Shown here: positions 52,916-63,595 of the stretch, piece by piece
Position numbering within the stretch: position 1 is the first letter of the stretch
Layout: each line of letters begins with the position of its first letter
DNA from: an uncultured delta proteobacterium
GTDB taxonomy: Bacteria > Myxococcota_A > Polyangia > Polyangiales > Polyangiaceae
Reading direction: 5' to 3'
Assembly (NCBI GenBank): GCA_963841435.1
Contig: CAWJCS010000002.1
Span: 448,001-512,000, forward strand
Length of the DNA: 64,000 nt
Position numbers and translations under genes: made by a program
The notes under the pieces: generated by a model
What the model saw: only the letters and a program-made list of their open reading frames with translations
Database searches by the model: none
What the model was told of the DNA's origin: nothing

Positions 52916-53199
52916 GTCCCTCGGCTTTTCTGCGCAGTGACGGCGCTACGGACGGTACTGCTGTGGTCGCTAAAAAATGCTGACGCCGCCGTCACGAAAG
53001 TCCGCGCGCTCTACCTGTCATGCACGCCGGGGAGATCGCAGTGCTCGAGTGGTGCGATGTGGACCTCGAGCGACGCATCATGGAAAGGGCAGCCTAGCTT
53101 CGCCGGCGGCACCGCGTTTCGGTGTGATTCGTTGAACCAAAAACGACGGCGCGTGGCCTGGCTTGCCAGGGTGGAAGAATGGGAGTAGCCCTTGATTTC

Positions 53200-54606
53200 A
53201 TGAGAGTATTGCGCGCGGCGGTGGTGCTCGGGGTCTCGACGCCGCTGGTCGTGGCATGCGGCGGCACCTCGAAGCAGGGGAGCACGGCGGACGACGGTGG
53301 GAGCTCGTCCGCGGGTACCTCGGGCCAGGCGGGGAGCTCGGGCGTTGGCGGCGGAGCGACGGGTGGCTCGTCGGGCGCTGGCGGCGGAGCGACGGGTGGC
53401 TCGTCGGGCGTTGGCGGCGGAGCGACGGGTGGCTCGTCGGGCGTTGGCGGCGGAGCGACGGGTGGCTCGTCGGGTGCTGGCGGCAAAGCGATGGGTGGCT
53501 CGTCGGGTGCTGGCGGCGGAGCGACGGGTGGCTCGTCGGGCGCGGCTGGCTCGCCCGTGGACCCTCCGACGTTCCAGGCACCCGTCCCGGTCGCGCCGGG
53601 CCAAGGCATTCCGTCGGACGTGGCGCTCGTGGATTGGGACGACAAGCCGGGGCTCGACGTGATTTTCGCCAGCCGCACCGAGCTCCGCTACTTCTCCAAT
53701 GACGGCTTGGGAGGCTTCCCGACTTCGGTGTCGCTCGGTGCGGGAGCGACTGCCTTGGGCATGGGGCGGTTCGACGCGGGAGACTCGTTCGATCTGCTGC
53801 TCGGTCGCGACGATGAGTACGATACGACGGTGGCGTTCGGCGATGGCGCGGGAGCGGTGGATAGCTCCGAAAAGGAGACATTCGGTTCCGAGGGGTATCT
53901 GCAAAACTTCTTCGTCGCCGATGTCGACGGGAGCGGCGATACCGACGACTTCGTGAGCACCTGTGACGGTACCCTGAGCGTCGTCGTGACGACGGGCATG
54001 ACCGGGCCTGCCCTGCTCGATGCTCGGGGTCTCGCGGGCGCGGGGCCGCGAGACGGCGTCCTGGCCAAGCTCGGCACCGGGCAGTGGCTCGTCTCTTCGA
54101 CTGACGAGGGCATCGACCGGAGCCTCGTCACCTACTCGACCGGGCCTTCGGCCGTCGAAATCGGTATGCCGCTCAACACGCCCATCGCGGATCTGCCGGG
54201 GCAGCTCGACGTAGGTGACTTCAACCGAGACGGCTTCGACGATGTCGCGATGACGTTCAGGGCGAAGGGTGCTGTCGGCGTCTTGCTCGGCGACGGCAAC
54301 GGCACCGGAGGCTTTCTGCCCCTCGTGACGTACGACGTGGGCGACAGCGCAGACGACGTGAAGATGGGTGAGTTCAACGGTGATGGCAAGCCCGACATCG
54401 TCGTGAGCCTTCCCGCTTCGGACGCCGTCGCCGTTCTTGTCGGCGACGGCGAGGGCGGCTTCTCCGAGCCCACGCGGGTCAGTACGGGCGCCGGCTCCCA
54501 TCCCACGCGCCTGGCGGTGGGTGATCTCGATGGCAGCGAAAGAGACGACCTGGCCGTGGTCGGCGCGATGAGCCACCAAGTGATCGTGCTGTTGTCGAAG
54601 AACTGA
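53200..54606 (+). CDS. FG-GAP/VCBS-repeat beta-propeller lipoprotein
   Basis: VVAC lipobox; GDFNRDGFDDV, GEFNGDGKPDIVV, GDLDG repeats. Confidence 0.85.
   Translation: MRVLRAAVVLGVSTPLVVACGGTSKQGSTADDGGSSSAGTSGQAGSSGVGGGATGGSSGAGGGATGGSSGVGGGATGGSSGVGGGATGGSSGAGGKAMGGSSGAGGGATGGSSGAAGSPVDPPTFQAPVPVAPGQGIPSDVALVDWDDKPGLDVIFASRTELRYFSNDGLGGFPTSVSLGAGATALGMGRFDAGDSFDLLLGRDDEYDTTVAFGDGAGAVDSSEKETFGSEGYLQNFFVADVDGSGDTDDFVSTCDGTLSVVVTTGMTGPALLDARGLAGAGPRDGVLAKLGTGQWLVSSTDEGIDRSLVTYSTGPSAVEIGMPLNTPIADLPGQLDVGDFNRDGFDDVAMTFRAKGAVGVLLGDGNGTGGFLPLVTYDVGDSADDVKMGEFNGDGKPDIVVSLPASDAVAVLVGDGEGGFSEPTRVSTGAGSHPTRLAVGDLDGSERDDLAVVGAMSHQVIVLLSKN
53332..53541 (+). repeat. 33-bp coding tandem repeat x6 (GSSG[V/A]GGGATG)
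   Basis: ggctcgtcgggNgNtggcggcggagcgacgggt units. Confidence 0.85.
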
Positions 54607-54652
54607 AAGGGGCGCTGACGGCTCGCTCACGGCGGTCTACGCTGAGGGTCGT

Positions 54653-55189
54653 ATGAGCGAGCGCGAAGCCATCATTCACCTCCTCGACGACGCCTTCTCG
54701 GAGGAGCTTTGCCGGCGCGCCATCGAGACCGTGGCGCAAAAACGCTGGTACTTCGGCAACGCCTCGGTGGGGGCGGGGGAGCCCGGCTTCTGGAAAATGG
54801 ACCTGGATGGAGACGCCACGGCGGACGCTCTGTGGTCGGCCCTGCGCGATCGCTGTGAAGCGCTGACGAGAGGACCGCTCAGCGTGCTGCGGCAATACGC
54901 CAACGGCCACACCTACGGCCTGGGAGGGCGCAGCCACGTCGATGATCCGCGTCCGGGTCACTACACGCTTCTCTACTACCCGATGCCGGCGTGGGACCCC
55001 GCCTGGGGTGGTGAAACGGTGTTCCACAAGAGCAACGGAGAAATCGCGCTTTCGCTCCTGCCGAAGCCCAATCGGGCCGTCTTGTTCGACGCGCGCATTC
55101 CGCACGAGGGCCGCGCGCCGAGCCGTGACTACGGCGGGCTACGCGTTACCCTGGCCTTCAAGCTCGGACCCGCGGGAGCCCGACCATGA
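54653..55189 (+). CDS. 2OG-Fe(II) oxygenase (prolyl-hydroxylase-like)
   Basis: YANGHTYG, HVD, WGGETVF, PKPNRAVLFD..H..R. Confidence 0.85.
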   Translation: MSEREAIIHLLDDAFSEELCRRAIETVAQKRWYFGNASVGAGEPGFWKMDLDGDATADALWSALRDRCEALTRGPLSVLRQYANGHTYGLGGRSHVDDPRPGHYTLLYYPMPAWDPAWGGETVFHKSNGEIALSLLPKPNRAVLFDARIPHEGRAPSRDYGGLRVTLAFKLGPAGARP

Positions 55190-55860
55190 TCGTCAGCCTA
55201 CCTGATTTGCTCGACGCGCCGACTCTCGACTCCCTGCGCCACGCACTCGCGGGCGCGAGCTGGCAAGACGGGCGGGCTAGCGCCGAAGGCACGGCGCGCG
55301 AGGTCAAACACAATCTGGTCGTGCCCCACGAGCATCCTGCTTCGCAGGCCGCCGGGCGCATCCTGCTCGAGCGCTTGTCGCAGCACGCCGGTTTCAAGGC
55401 CGCGGCCCTGCCCAAGCTGATCCTGCCGCTCCAGCTCTGTCGCTACGACGCCGGAATGGGCTACGGAGACCACCTCGACTTGCCGTTGATGGGCACCGCG
55501 ACCGGCGCGATCCGCACCGACATTTCGATGACCGTCTTTCTGTCCGATGGCTCGGACTACGAGGGCGGTGAGCTCGTCTTCGCCACCGATTACGGCACCC
55601 ACCGCGTGCGCGGCGAGGCCGGCGAGGCCGTGCTCTATCCCTCCTCCACGCTCCACCGCGTGGAGCCGGTCGTACGCGGCTCGCGCCGGGTGGCGATCAC
55701 CTGGATTCAGAGCCTGGTGCGCGACGCCGCCAAAAGAAAAATCGTCTTCGACCTGGCGCAGGTGGCAACCAAGCTCGATGCTACCGGGGCGAGCGAGGAG
55801 CACGTCCGCGCCCTCCGCCAAGCCCAATTCAACCTGCTCAGGCTCTGGGCGGAGCCGTGA
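55186..55860 (+). CDS. PKHD-type Fe(II)/2OG hydroxylase (PiuC/YbiX family)
   Basis: WQDGRASA..VKHN, YGDHLD, IRTDISMTVFLSD..YEGGEL, VLYPSSTLHRVEPVVRGSR..WIQS. Confidence 0.9.
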   Translation: MIVSLPDLLDAPTLDSLRHALAGASWQDGRASAEGTAREVKHNLVVPHEHPASQAAGRILLERLSQHAGFKAAALPKLILPLQLCRYDAGMGYGDHLDLPLMGTATGAIRTDISMTVFLSDGSDYEGGELVFATDYGTHRVRGEAGEAVLYPSSTLHRVEPVVRGSRRVAITWIQSLVRDAAKRKIVFDLAQVATKLDATGASEEHVRALRQAQFNLLRLWAEP

Positions 55861-56048
55861 GTCTCGGAGACGCCCAGACCCAGAACGCGAGCGTGTGCGC
55901 ACCGTCCCTCTGTGGGTGTGCGCGCCGCGCCCTTTGCGGAAACCCGCGCCCTCACGCGGCTCTAGGGCCGACTTGGCGGCCGGATGAGCCGGTGCCCGAC
56001 CCGGCGCCTTGAATCCGACTGGGCCGCTGCTCGTCCGACGGGGATAGG

Positions 56049-57201
56049 ATGAAGTCCATGAACGACCACGCACCGATCGCGATTCGCCGTGCCCTCTTGC
56101 AGGACCGCATGCCCGCGGCTCGCCGTCGGTGGTCGCTCGCGCTCGCGGCGACCTCCATCCTCGTCCTGGCGTCGGGCTGCCAGGCTCACCTGCAAGCGCA
56201 GGCGGGGAGCGCGTCGTCTGCCGACGCGAACGGCACGGCTGAAGGCAGCGGTGCCGCCACGGACGACGGCGGCGCCGAGGCCACCACGACCCAGGGCACA
56301 GCCGACGGCGACGCCGGCAACACGAGCAGCAAGGGTACCGGAGGCGTCCATGCCACCTGGCGCGGGCACGCCCAGGTGTTCGACCAAGTTCAGCGCCCCG
56401 ATGAGCGACAAGGTTGGCGCTTCGGCTCGGGGCCGAGCGTTCGTCGGCGTCCGCGGGCAGGGGCGCGGACACGCAGAGGGGGACGCCCACGCCGACGCCG
56501 CAGGCCACGCCAAGGACAAGGACGGGGACGAGGACAAGGGCACAAAAAAGGGCAAGGGCCACGCCGACGGCAAGGGCCACACCGACGGCAAGGGCCGCGC
56601 AGTAGGCGCCGCTCACGCATCCGACCAGGCGCGCGAGCGCGGGAGCGCGCGCGCCGCCCTCCACGGCAAGGTTCCCACCCAGGAAGAGCTCCAGCATCCG
56701 ATCGACGCGCCGAAGGAGCCGCCCGAGAACGTCTTCGGTTACGAAAAGCCAGTGAAGGGCTGCTTCGAAGGCACGGTGTTCTTCCTGGAGCCGAAGACCA
56801 AGAGCTTGCCGAGCGGCTACGACGCGCTCGATGCCGCCACCGTGCTTTATGCCTGCGAGTGGGACATCCCGGCGCGCGACTGGAAGCAGGGGTTCCCCGG
56901 GATCCCCGAGCGCTTCGAGTGGTTCGCCATCCGCTACGCGGGAAGCTTCGCCGTCAAGGACGCCGGCAAGTACGGCTTTCGCCTGGCGAGCGACGACGGC
57001 TCGAAGCTCACGATCGACGGCAAGCTCGTCATCGACAACGACGGCGAGCATCCGCCCAAGACCAAGACGACAACGGTGGAGCTCACGGCCGGCGACCACG
57101 ACATGGTGCTCGAATACTTCCAGGGCCCCCGGTTCCTCATCAACCTGCAGCTTTACGTCACGCCGCCCAAGGGCAGCGAGGGGCTCTTCTCGGTGCGCTG
57201 A
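56049..57201 (+). CDS. PA14-domain lipoprotein; +1 frameshift near 56379
   Basis: LASGC lipobox in ORF 56049; GFPG..EWFAIRY..GKYGFRLASDDGSKLTIDG..DNDGEH..EYFQGP in ORF 56089. Confidence 0.78.
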
Positions 57202-57927
57202 GCGCGCCCACGAACAACCCGGCGGCAATCAGAAGCCCCGCGCGGATGTCGATGGCGCCGTGAACGTGATGAGCCACTTCACTGCAAGCCTTCGGGTCAT
57301 CGCTCCACGCCCGCGTCGCGGACGCGAGTTGCCGACTGCGGGGTGTCCTCGGTGCATAGCCTGACGTCCTTCAACGACCACTCTATCCCGTAGCGTTCCA
57401 GCCATCCGGCCCGCACGAGCTTGCCGACAGCGATGACGGATGCGCCGAACGCCGGCAGGTCGCAACACACTCGGGACTCGTCACCTATACACCGCACGTC
57501 GTCCAGCTTGATGCCGCGAGCCACGGAGCCCGCCACGGGGGAAGCTCCGGTCACGAGGACCGTGGCGCTCGAAATCCGACAGCAAGCTTGACCGTCGCGG
57601 ACGTAGCGACAGGCCTTGGGGGTGGAAGAAGAACTCAGCGTCAGTGCCAGGGAGCCGCGCACGGCGAGCGGCTCGCCCAAGGGCCCCGGCGGTACCCCCG
57701 TGATCGTGCTCGCATCGATCGCCGAGAGCCCCGGGGCGCAAGGGGGGAGCCGTTTGAAGGGCGCGCAGGCTCGATGGATACGGCACTCCGGCGCCCAATG
57801 TTGCCCGGGCCGATAGTCGAGGTGCGCCGAGCGCCCGGAGCGCTCAGCGAGCAACAGCGGCTCGCTCGCCTGTCTCGGCGTCGGCGGCCCCGGCGATCCC
57901 ACCGACGGCAGCGACGCAGAGGGAATC

Positions 57928-58215
57928 ATGTGGGGCCAGGCCATTCCGCCCGCGGGTGCATTCGTCGCGGTCGCGGCCGGCACGGTTCACTCGTGCGCCG
58001 TGCGAGTGAACGGCGACGTCGCGTGTCGGGGGGCTGGGAAGACGAACGGCGACTGCTCGGCGAGCCTGGACGCGTGCGGCATGTCCGTCGCCCCGGCGGG
58101 CCCGTTCGTCGAGGTCGCGGTGGGGTACACGAACTCCTGCGGGATGCTGACGGACGGCAGCGTCGCGTGTTGGGGTTCGAATTCGAACGATCGCTCGACG
58201 CCGCCCGCCGGGCCG
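57928..58215 (+). pseudogene. RCC1-like repeat fragment
   Basis: FVAVAAGTVHSCAVRVNGDVAC and FVEVAVGYTNSCGMLTDGSVACWGSN; only two blades and no signal peptide. Confidence 0.6.
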
Positions 58216-58725
58216 ATTCTGACGAGCGCGCGAAGCGCCACCTCAACGCTGGACAGCGCCACCAGGCCGCTCGTGACGCCGACCCGAGCGGACGTTGAGG
58301 ACACTGCGCGCCGCACAGCAGCCGGTATCGAGAAACTCCTCAGCGCAACTGACCAGGGGCCAGACGGCCCCGCCGTCGCGCTTGATACCCGTCGCGCACC
58401 CTGCGCTCGGTTTCGGAGAGGACGTGCGCTCCAGGCCGATCGTTACGCGCGCCCACGATTTTTTTCGAAGACGTGCCGCGGGGCTACGGCGCGCTCGCGC
58501 GGAGCTCCGCGACCTTGCCCGGCGCAAAGTGCTCGATGAGGAGCGCGGCCACCTGGTCGGGCGCGTCGTGATGAACCCAATGGGATCCCCTCCGGGACGT
58601 GCACGACACGGACAACTGTTGGAAGCAACGCACAGGCCCTTGGCCATCGGGGCTCGGCGGCCCTTCGAAACACGGCTTTGGAGCGAGGCGGCGCTCCGTG
58701 GCATGCTGATGGCGGAACGGTGGTC

Positions 58726-59535
58726 ATGAGGAAGTGGGTGTGCGTGGTCCTGGCGTCGGGCTCGATGAGCCTGGGTTGCACCGGCAAGTCGGTCGTCGAA
58801 AGAGCCGACACCGATCAGGACGCCGGCGGCACGAGCGGCACGAGCGGCACGAGCGGCACGAGCGGCACGAGCGGCACGAGCGGCACGAGCGGCACGAGCG
58901 GCAGCGACGTGGGCGCGGGTGGCACGGTCAGCGGCGCGAGCGGCGGAACGGCCGGCGTCGCCGGCACGGCACCCGCGTCCTGCGACGAGGTAGTGTCGTG
59001 CGGGGGCGACGTGATCGGAGTATGGAGCGTGGTGAGCTCGTGCCTCACGGTGAGCGGCGAGATCGATGTGACGGCGTTGGGGCTTGGCTGCGCGACAGCG
59101 TCCGTCCATGGATCGCTCGAGGTTAGCGGGAGCTGGGGCGCCCACCCGGTTCCCCTGGTCGTAGACGAGACCACGACGGTCGGGACCGAGCACATTTCGC
59201 TGGCGCCCGCTTGCCTTTCGGTGGCGGGGACCGTCGTCCGCTGCGAGCAGCTAGGGCGCATTTTCATGGTCATGGGTTATACCGACGCCCAGTGCGCCGA
59301 CGCGGGGGACGGCTGCGTGTGCGACGCAATCGTGGAGCAAGCCGGCGGTATGGCGTCGGTTTCCGCGTCTCCAACGAGCCAGGGGGCGTTCTCGACGGCG
59401 GGTGATGTGCTCACGGTCTCCGACGGTATCAACGAGACCGACTACACCTACTGCGTGGCGGGCAGCGCGCTGACCATGTCGTTGAAGACCAAGGGGCTCG
59501 GCACCGTGACGGGAACGATCGCACTCGCAAGGTAA
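58726..59535 (+). CDS. Hypothetical Cys-rich lipoprotein
   Basis: SLGC lipobox, GTS repeat linker, CGGDVIGVW...YTYCVAGSALTM. Confidence 0.7.
   Translation: MRKWVCVVLASGSMSLGCTGKSVVERADTDQDAGGTSGTSGTSGTSGTSGTSGTSGTSGSDVGAGGTVSGASGGTAGVAGTAPASCDEVVSCGGDVIGVWSVVSSCLTVSGEIDVTALGLGCATASVHGSLEVSGSWGAHPVPLVVDETTTVGTEHISLAPACLSVAGTVVRCEQLGRIFMVMGYTDAQCADAGDGCVCDAIVEQAGGMASVSASPTSQGAFSTAGDVLTVSDGINETDYTYCVAGSALTMSLKTKGLGTVTGTIALAR
58828..58899 (+). repeat. Perfect 9-bp tandem repeat (ggcacgagc) x8
   Basis: Counted directly; encodes (GTS)8. Confidence 0.95.
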
Positions 59536-59703
59536 ACGCCAGCCCTGAGGCGCGGGAGCTCGTCGCGGGGGATCTTCGACCTGGAGGCGGACGGGCGTCG
59601 CGGCCCGCGAGCGGACAGGCGGTTTCGAACCCCGACACGTCACGAATCGTTGGCGAGGGCGCTTGTTGTTGACAAGTCCGGGGTTGCACGGACAGATCGA
59701 TTC

Positions 59704-60966
59704 ATGAAGTGTGCCCAGCGCCGCTACGGAACGTTGGCTGCCCTCGCGATCTCGTCGCTCTTTGCCACGGCCTGCGGCACGGAGAGCCCGAGTGGCCAAA
59801 CGGGTGAAGGGTCGTCAGGCGCCGGAACCGGCGGGGCGCCGTCGGCGGGCAGCGGGTCCGGGGGCACCACCACCGCGGGAACGGGCGGCGGCACGCAAAG
59901 CGGCGGCATGGGCGGGACGAGCGCAGGGACCAGCGGAGTCGCCGGGTCGGGCGGCACGAGCGGAACCGGCGGCGCGTCCGCCGGTGCGAGCGGGAGCGGA
60001 GGCACTGTGAATGCGGGGGGCAGCAGTGGCGCGAGTGGCACGGGCGCGGCGGGCAGCGGCGGCGTAGCGGGCAGCGGTGGCGTAGCGGGCAGCGGTGGCG
60101 CAGCGGGCAGCGGTGGCGCAGCGGGCAGCGGCGGCGCAGCGGGCGGCAGCGGCGCGGCGGGCGGCAGCGGCGCGGCGGGTGATGCGGGTAGCGGAGGCGC
60201 CGGTGGAGCGGCGATGTCGTCCGGCTGCGGCAAGACGCCGACGCTCAAGAACAGCCCAACCGCTACCGCCAACCAGAACACCCTCTCCGTTTCCGGAGCG
60301 AACCGAGAGTTCTTGATCCGCTGGCCATCGAGCTACGACAACATGCACCCCTACCGCTTGGTGCTCGGTTTCCACGGAGCCGGAGGCCAAGACACCGAGG
60401 TCGCACCGTCGTATTTCGGCGTGTTCGATCTGGCGAACGACACCACGATCTTCGCTGCCCCCTCGGCCGCAGGCGGGACCTGGAACGCGACCACCGACAC
60501 CACCTTCGTCGACGAAATCCTGAAGACCGTGGAAGCCGACCTTTGCATCGATACGTCACGCGTCATGCTGGAAGGCTTCAGTCAGGGCGCGGCCATGGTG
60601 GCGACCTTGGCTTGCGCGCGACCCGGAGTCTTCCGCGCCGCCGTAGGTCACTCCCGGGGCGGCTTGACTGCACCCTCGAGCTGCGAGCCCATTCCCTATC
60701 TCGGGTCGCTCGGGTTGAACGACGTCGGTACCAATTCGCAAGCGACGCAGACCGATCCCTTCGCCAAGTGGGACGGCTGCAGCATAGAAACGTTGCCCAC
60801 CGCCCCGAGCGGCGGCCACGTCTGCACCCCCTACAAGGACTGCATGGCGGGCGCCCCCGTCGTCTGGTGCTCCTTCGACGGCCCCCACACGCCCTCCCCT
60901 ACCGATGCGGGCCAGTCAAAAACCTGGATGCCCGCCACCGTCTGGCCGTTCTTGAGCCAGTTCTGA
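59704..60966 (+). CDS. CE1-like / PHB-depolymerase-like alpha/beta-hydrolase lipoprotein
   Basis: ATAC lipobox, 18-bp-repeat Gly linker, LVLGFHG, CIDTSRVMLEGFSQG, WCSFDGPH. Confidence 0.8.
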   Translation: MKCAQRRYGTLAALAISSLFATACGTESPSGQTGEGSSGAGTGGAPSAGSGSGGTTTAGTGGGTQSGGMGGTSAGTSGVAGSGGTSGTGGASAGASGSGGTVNAGGSSGASGTGAAGSGGVAGSGGVAGSGGAAGSGGAAGSGGAAGGSGAAGGSGAAGDAGSGGAGGAAMSSGCGKTPTLKNSPTATANQNTLSVSGANREFLIRWPSSYDNMHPYRLVLGFHGAGGQDTEVAPSYFGVFDLANDTTIFAAPSAAGGTWNATTDTTFVDEILKTVEADLCIDTSRVMLEGFSQGAAMVATLACARPGVFRAAVGHSRGGLTAPSSCEPIPYLGSLGLNDVGTNSQATQTDPFAKWDGCSIETLPTAPSGGHVCTPYKDCMAGAPVVWCSFDGPHTPSPTDAGQSKTWMPATVWPFLSQF

Positions 60967-61244
60967 GCGGCCGCCGCCAGACTGCGTGGGTCTCCTTATC
61001 CAACTCGATACCTGCGAAGTAGGTGTGTCGTCGAGCGACAAGGCGGCGACCAGCGTGGGGGCTGCTACCGAAGCTCGCGCTGGCGTGCATGGCACGGTGC
61101 TCGCCTCAGGATCGGGGAAAGCCCACGGCGGAGGCAGGGCGGAGTTGTCGTCAAAGATCCCACAGACGAGCGCCTCTCGTTTCGGTACTGGAAGTGGCTC
61201 GGGCGCTTGCGGAGTCGCCTCGATGAAACAGGGAGCTTGCGACG

Positions 61245-61916
61245 ATGAATACGACACTAGGTTCGTTTGGCTCGGCCTGTCTGGTCGGCGTTTCCATCAT
61301 GGGCTGCGGCGGGGGTACGGACGACTGGGAACCGACCGCGGGTCTCGAGGAGCCCATCAACATCATCTCCTGCTCCACCGCCCCACGGGACGTGGTCCTA
61401 AACTCCACCGTCAGTCAGTGGACTGGCGTCAGCTCCCCCTCGAGCTACGACAATCCCGGGTGCAACGAGGGCTTCGTCGTCGAATTCGACGGGACCGTCG
61501 GCGGTGTACACTACGGCTATCGGCTCAACAATCCTCCGCCCCTGAGCAGCCAGGGCATTCGGGTCGATTTCACGACGCCTGGCCCCAAGCAGCTCGCGAC
61601 GTGCGAAGGCAGTCTCAAGGGAGGAGCCTACCTCTACGAGAAGACGACCAGCGGGAACTGGCAGCTGCTCTCATCGATCTTCGTGAATCCAACGCAGCTC
61701 GTCAATCACGGAATCACCACGGGGTGCCCGCTCGAGGGCATCGTCTTCAACCAGGTGAAGAAGGGGAGCGCTCAGACGCCACACATCTATCGCGTGGCCG
61801 CCACCATGGACGTGCTCGATCCGTCTCAGTTCATAGGAAGCTACCCCGACGGGCAAGGCTATGGGCCGATCTTCGTCCATGCTTGCGACGCGAACAACTG
61901 TCTCAACGGCGGGTGA
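61245..61916 (+). CDS. Hypothetical lipoprotein
   Basis: SIMGC lipobox, coding-like GC3 bias, no family recognised. Confidence 0.6.
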   Translation: MNTTLGSFGSACLVGVSIMGCGGGTDDWEPTAGLEEPINIISCSTAPRDVVLNSTVSQWTGVSSPSSYDNPGCNEGFVVEFDGTVGGVHYGYRLNNPPPLSSQGIRVDFTTPGPKQLATCEGSLKGGAYLYEKTTSGNWQLLSSIFVNPTQLVNHGITTGCPLEGIVFNQVKKGSAQTPHIYRVAATMDVLDPSQFIGSYPDGQGYGPIFVHACDANNCLNGG

Positions 61917-62523
61917 CGTGATCGCCACCGAGACCGACGTGGAGGCGGACGAAGCAGGTCGGACTGCCGAGCAGCTCGCGTACTAGCCTCGCGCGGATCA
62001 TGCCGTAGGTCGCCTGGGCGCTCGCGGACGCGAGCTCGCACCGTCGCCGCGTTCCTTGGCGAGCGCCCGATCCCGGCGCAGCGCCGCGCGCGGGACAGAT
62101 CGCCACGCGAGGCAGGACCGCCTCGACCTAGCGAGCGATCCAACACCGCGGACGCCCAGAAACGGCAGTTCTGCGCACGCCAAACGCTCTGCCCGGGCTT
62201 GCGCGTCGGATGGCTCGTCGCGCCGGTTTCCCGAGCCCGAGGGTGCCCAGGAGCGCGCTCCGGCGGCCGTGCCCCCGCAGGCAGAGCGATTGCGTTTTTG
62301 GTCGTCGGTACCCCCTCGCCGTCGAGCCCACTGGGCTCGCCGATAGCGAGAGCCTCGGGCGCGACACAACGGTCCCACCGAGGCTCGACGACACACTCTT
62401 CTGCGGAAGAGCACCAAATGTCCGCGCGGAACACCAGCACTGTAAACGACGCCGCGTAGGCACGAACCTTGAATGAGTCGATGCCGTGAGGCTCACGAGC
62501 CTTTCACAAGGAAGGAACAAGTC

Positions 62524-62997
62524 ATGAAACAGAAGATCGCGACACTCGCTCTGCTCGGAACTTCCGCATTCTGTTCGGTCAACCTACTCGCGTGCTCAGC
62601 GGACGTTCACGACAACACATTGGATGTTCACGACAACACTGCCAACATCGACGACGCGAAGGTCGAGTTCGAGACCGCCGACGACGTTTCGGCGCTGGCC
62701 CCGGGCCAGGCCGTTCCAGTCACGATCCAGGCGGAAAATGTCTACCTGATCGACCCTTCCGAGACACCTCCACCGGACCGCGTCATGGTGGCCGGTCACT
62801 TCCAGTTCTATCTCGACGACCTGTCAACGACTCCCATCCTGATCACCGCGGAAGAGTCGGTCAACGTCACTATCCCGGCGTCGGCCCCTCCCGGCGATCA
62901 TAAACTCCTGTGTCGCGTGCACAAGCACGATGGTACGCCAACCGACGCGACCTTCGAGATGGACATAACGGTCCAGGCGAGCGCCTCCACGGGCTAA
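62524..62997 (+). CDS. Hypothetical lipoprotein (Ig-like, His-containing)
   Basis: AAGGAAGGAA RBS, LLAC lipobox, GHFQFYLDD..PGDHKL..HKHDGTP. Confidence 0.65.
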   Translation: MKQKIATLALLGTSAFCSVNLLACSADVHDNTLDVHDNTANIDDAKVEFETADDVSALAPGQAVPVTIQAENVYLIDPSETPPPDRVMVAGHFQFYLDDLSTTPILITAEESVNVTIPASAPPGDHKLLCRVHKHDGTPTDATFEMDITVQASASTG

Positions 62998-63002
62998 CAG
63001 TG

Positions 63003-63032
63003 GTGGGGGCGCGCCGAAAGGTGCGCCCCCAC
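63003..63032 (+). terminator. GC-rich hairpin after the stop codon
   Basis: gtgggggcgcgcc-GAAA-ggtgcgcccccac, 13-bp stem with one G-U pair; no U-tract. Confidence 0.55.
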
Positions 63033-63565
63033 TGCTCTGGGCGAACCGCCGGGTTGCACCGCGTCTGCCGACGCGAATGACTCCCGGCGGCTCCGCAGAT
63101 TAGGAGGTACGCGTGAAATCGTCAGCCTGCGGGAGCAAGAGCTTCGTGCAGAGCGAAAGCGAGGGAGCGGGCGACGGGCGGCTCCGGCGGAACGGCGGGT
63201 ACGGGGACGGGCGGCCGCGCTGGCGAAGCCGCGGGCGGCACCGGTGGCTCGGTGTCGATCCGAAGGATTGCGCCCCGTAGTCCCCACGAGGGACTCGCGA
63301 CGAGCTCTCGCCCGACGGCGCCACGCTCCTTGCCCCCGAGGTGGCGTTCGACACCGCCGACTGGTCGCCGCTCACGAGTGTCGAACCGCCCGCGACCGAC
63401 GCGCGATAGCGAACGAAGTTCGCATCGTTCACGACGCCAACAGAAATTCGGCGGCACGGCCGCACTGAAACGGGGGTGGGACGAAAATGAGCCAGCGCGT
63501 GACGGGCGCCCCGTGGCCGCGCGGAGGACGCTCCTGACCCAGTGGAAATCAAGCCGATCGGCGAA

Positions 63566-63581
63566 TGGCTTGGAACTTGCA
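63566..63581 (+). promoter_or_regulatory. Putative sigma54 promoter
   Basis: TGGCTTGGAACTTGCA (GG-N10-GC) upstream of the kinase start. Confidence 0.4.
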
Positions 63582-63595
63582 CCTCTCGCTCGGTC

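Noticed and set aside
53332-53541. 33-bp repeats as a CRISPR array
   Set aside because: Head-to-tail with no spacers, in-frame Gly linker, no cas genes
57297-57983. Minus-strand Cys-containing ORF
   Set aside because: Possibly a real or truncated protein, but its start overlaps the RCC1 fragment and no family was recognised
58828-58899. 9-bp repeat as an on/off phase-variation switch
   Set aside because: The unit is a multiple of 3, so copy change alters only linker length
61917-62110. Minus-strand peptide QATYGMIRARLVRELLG
   Set aside because: Too short, and no recognisable family
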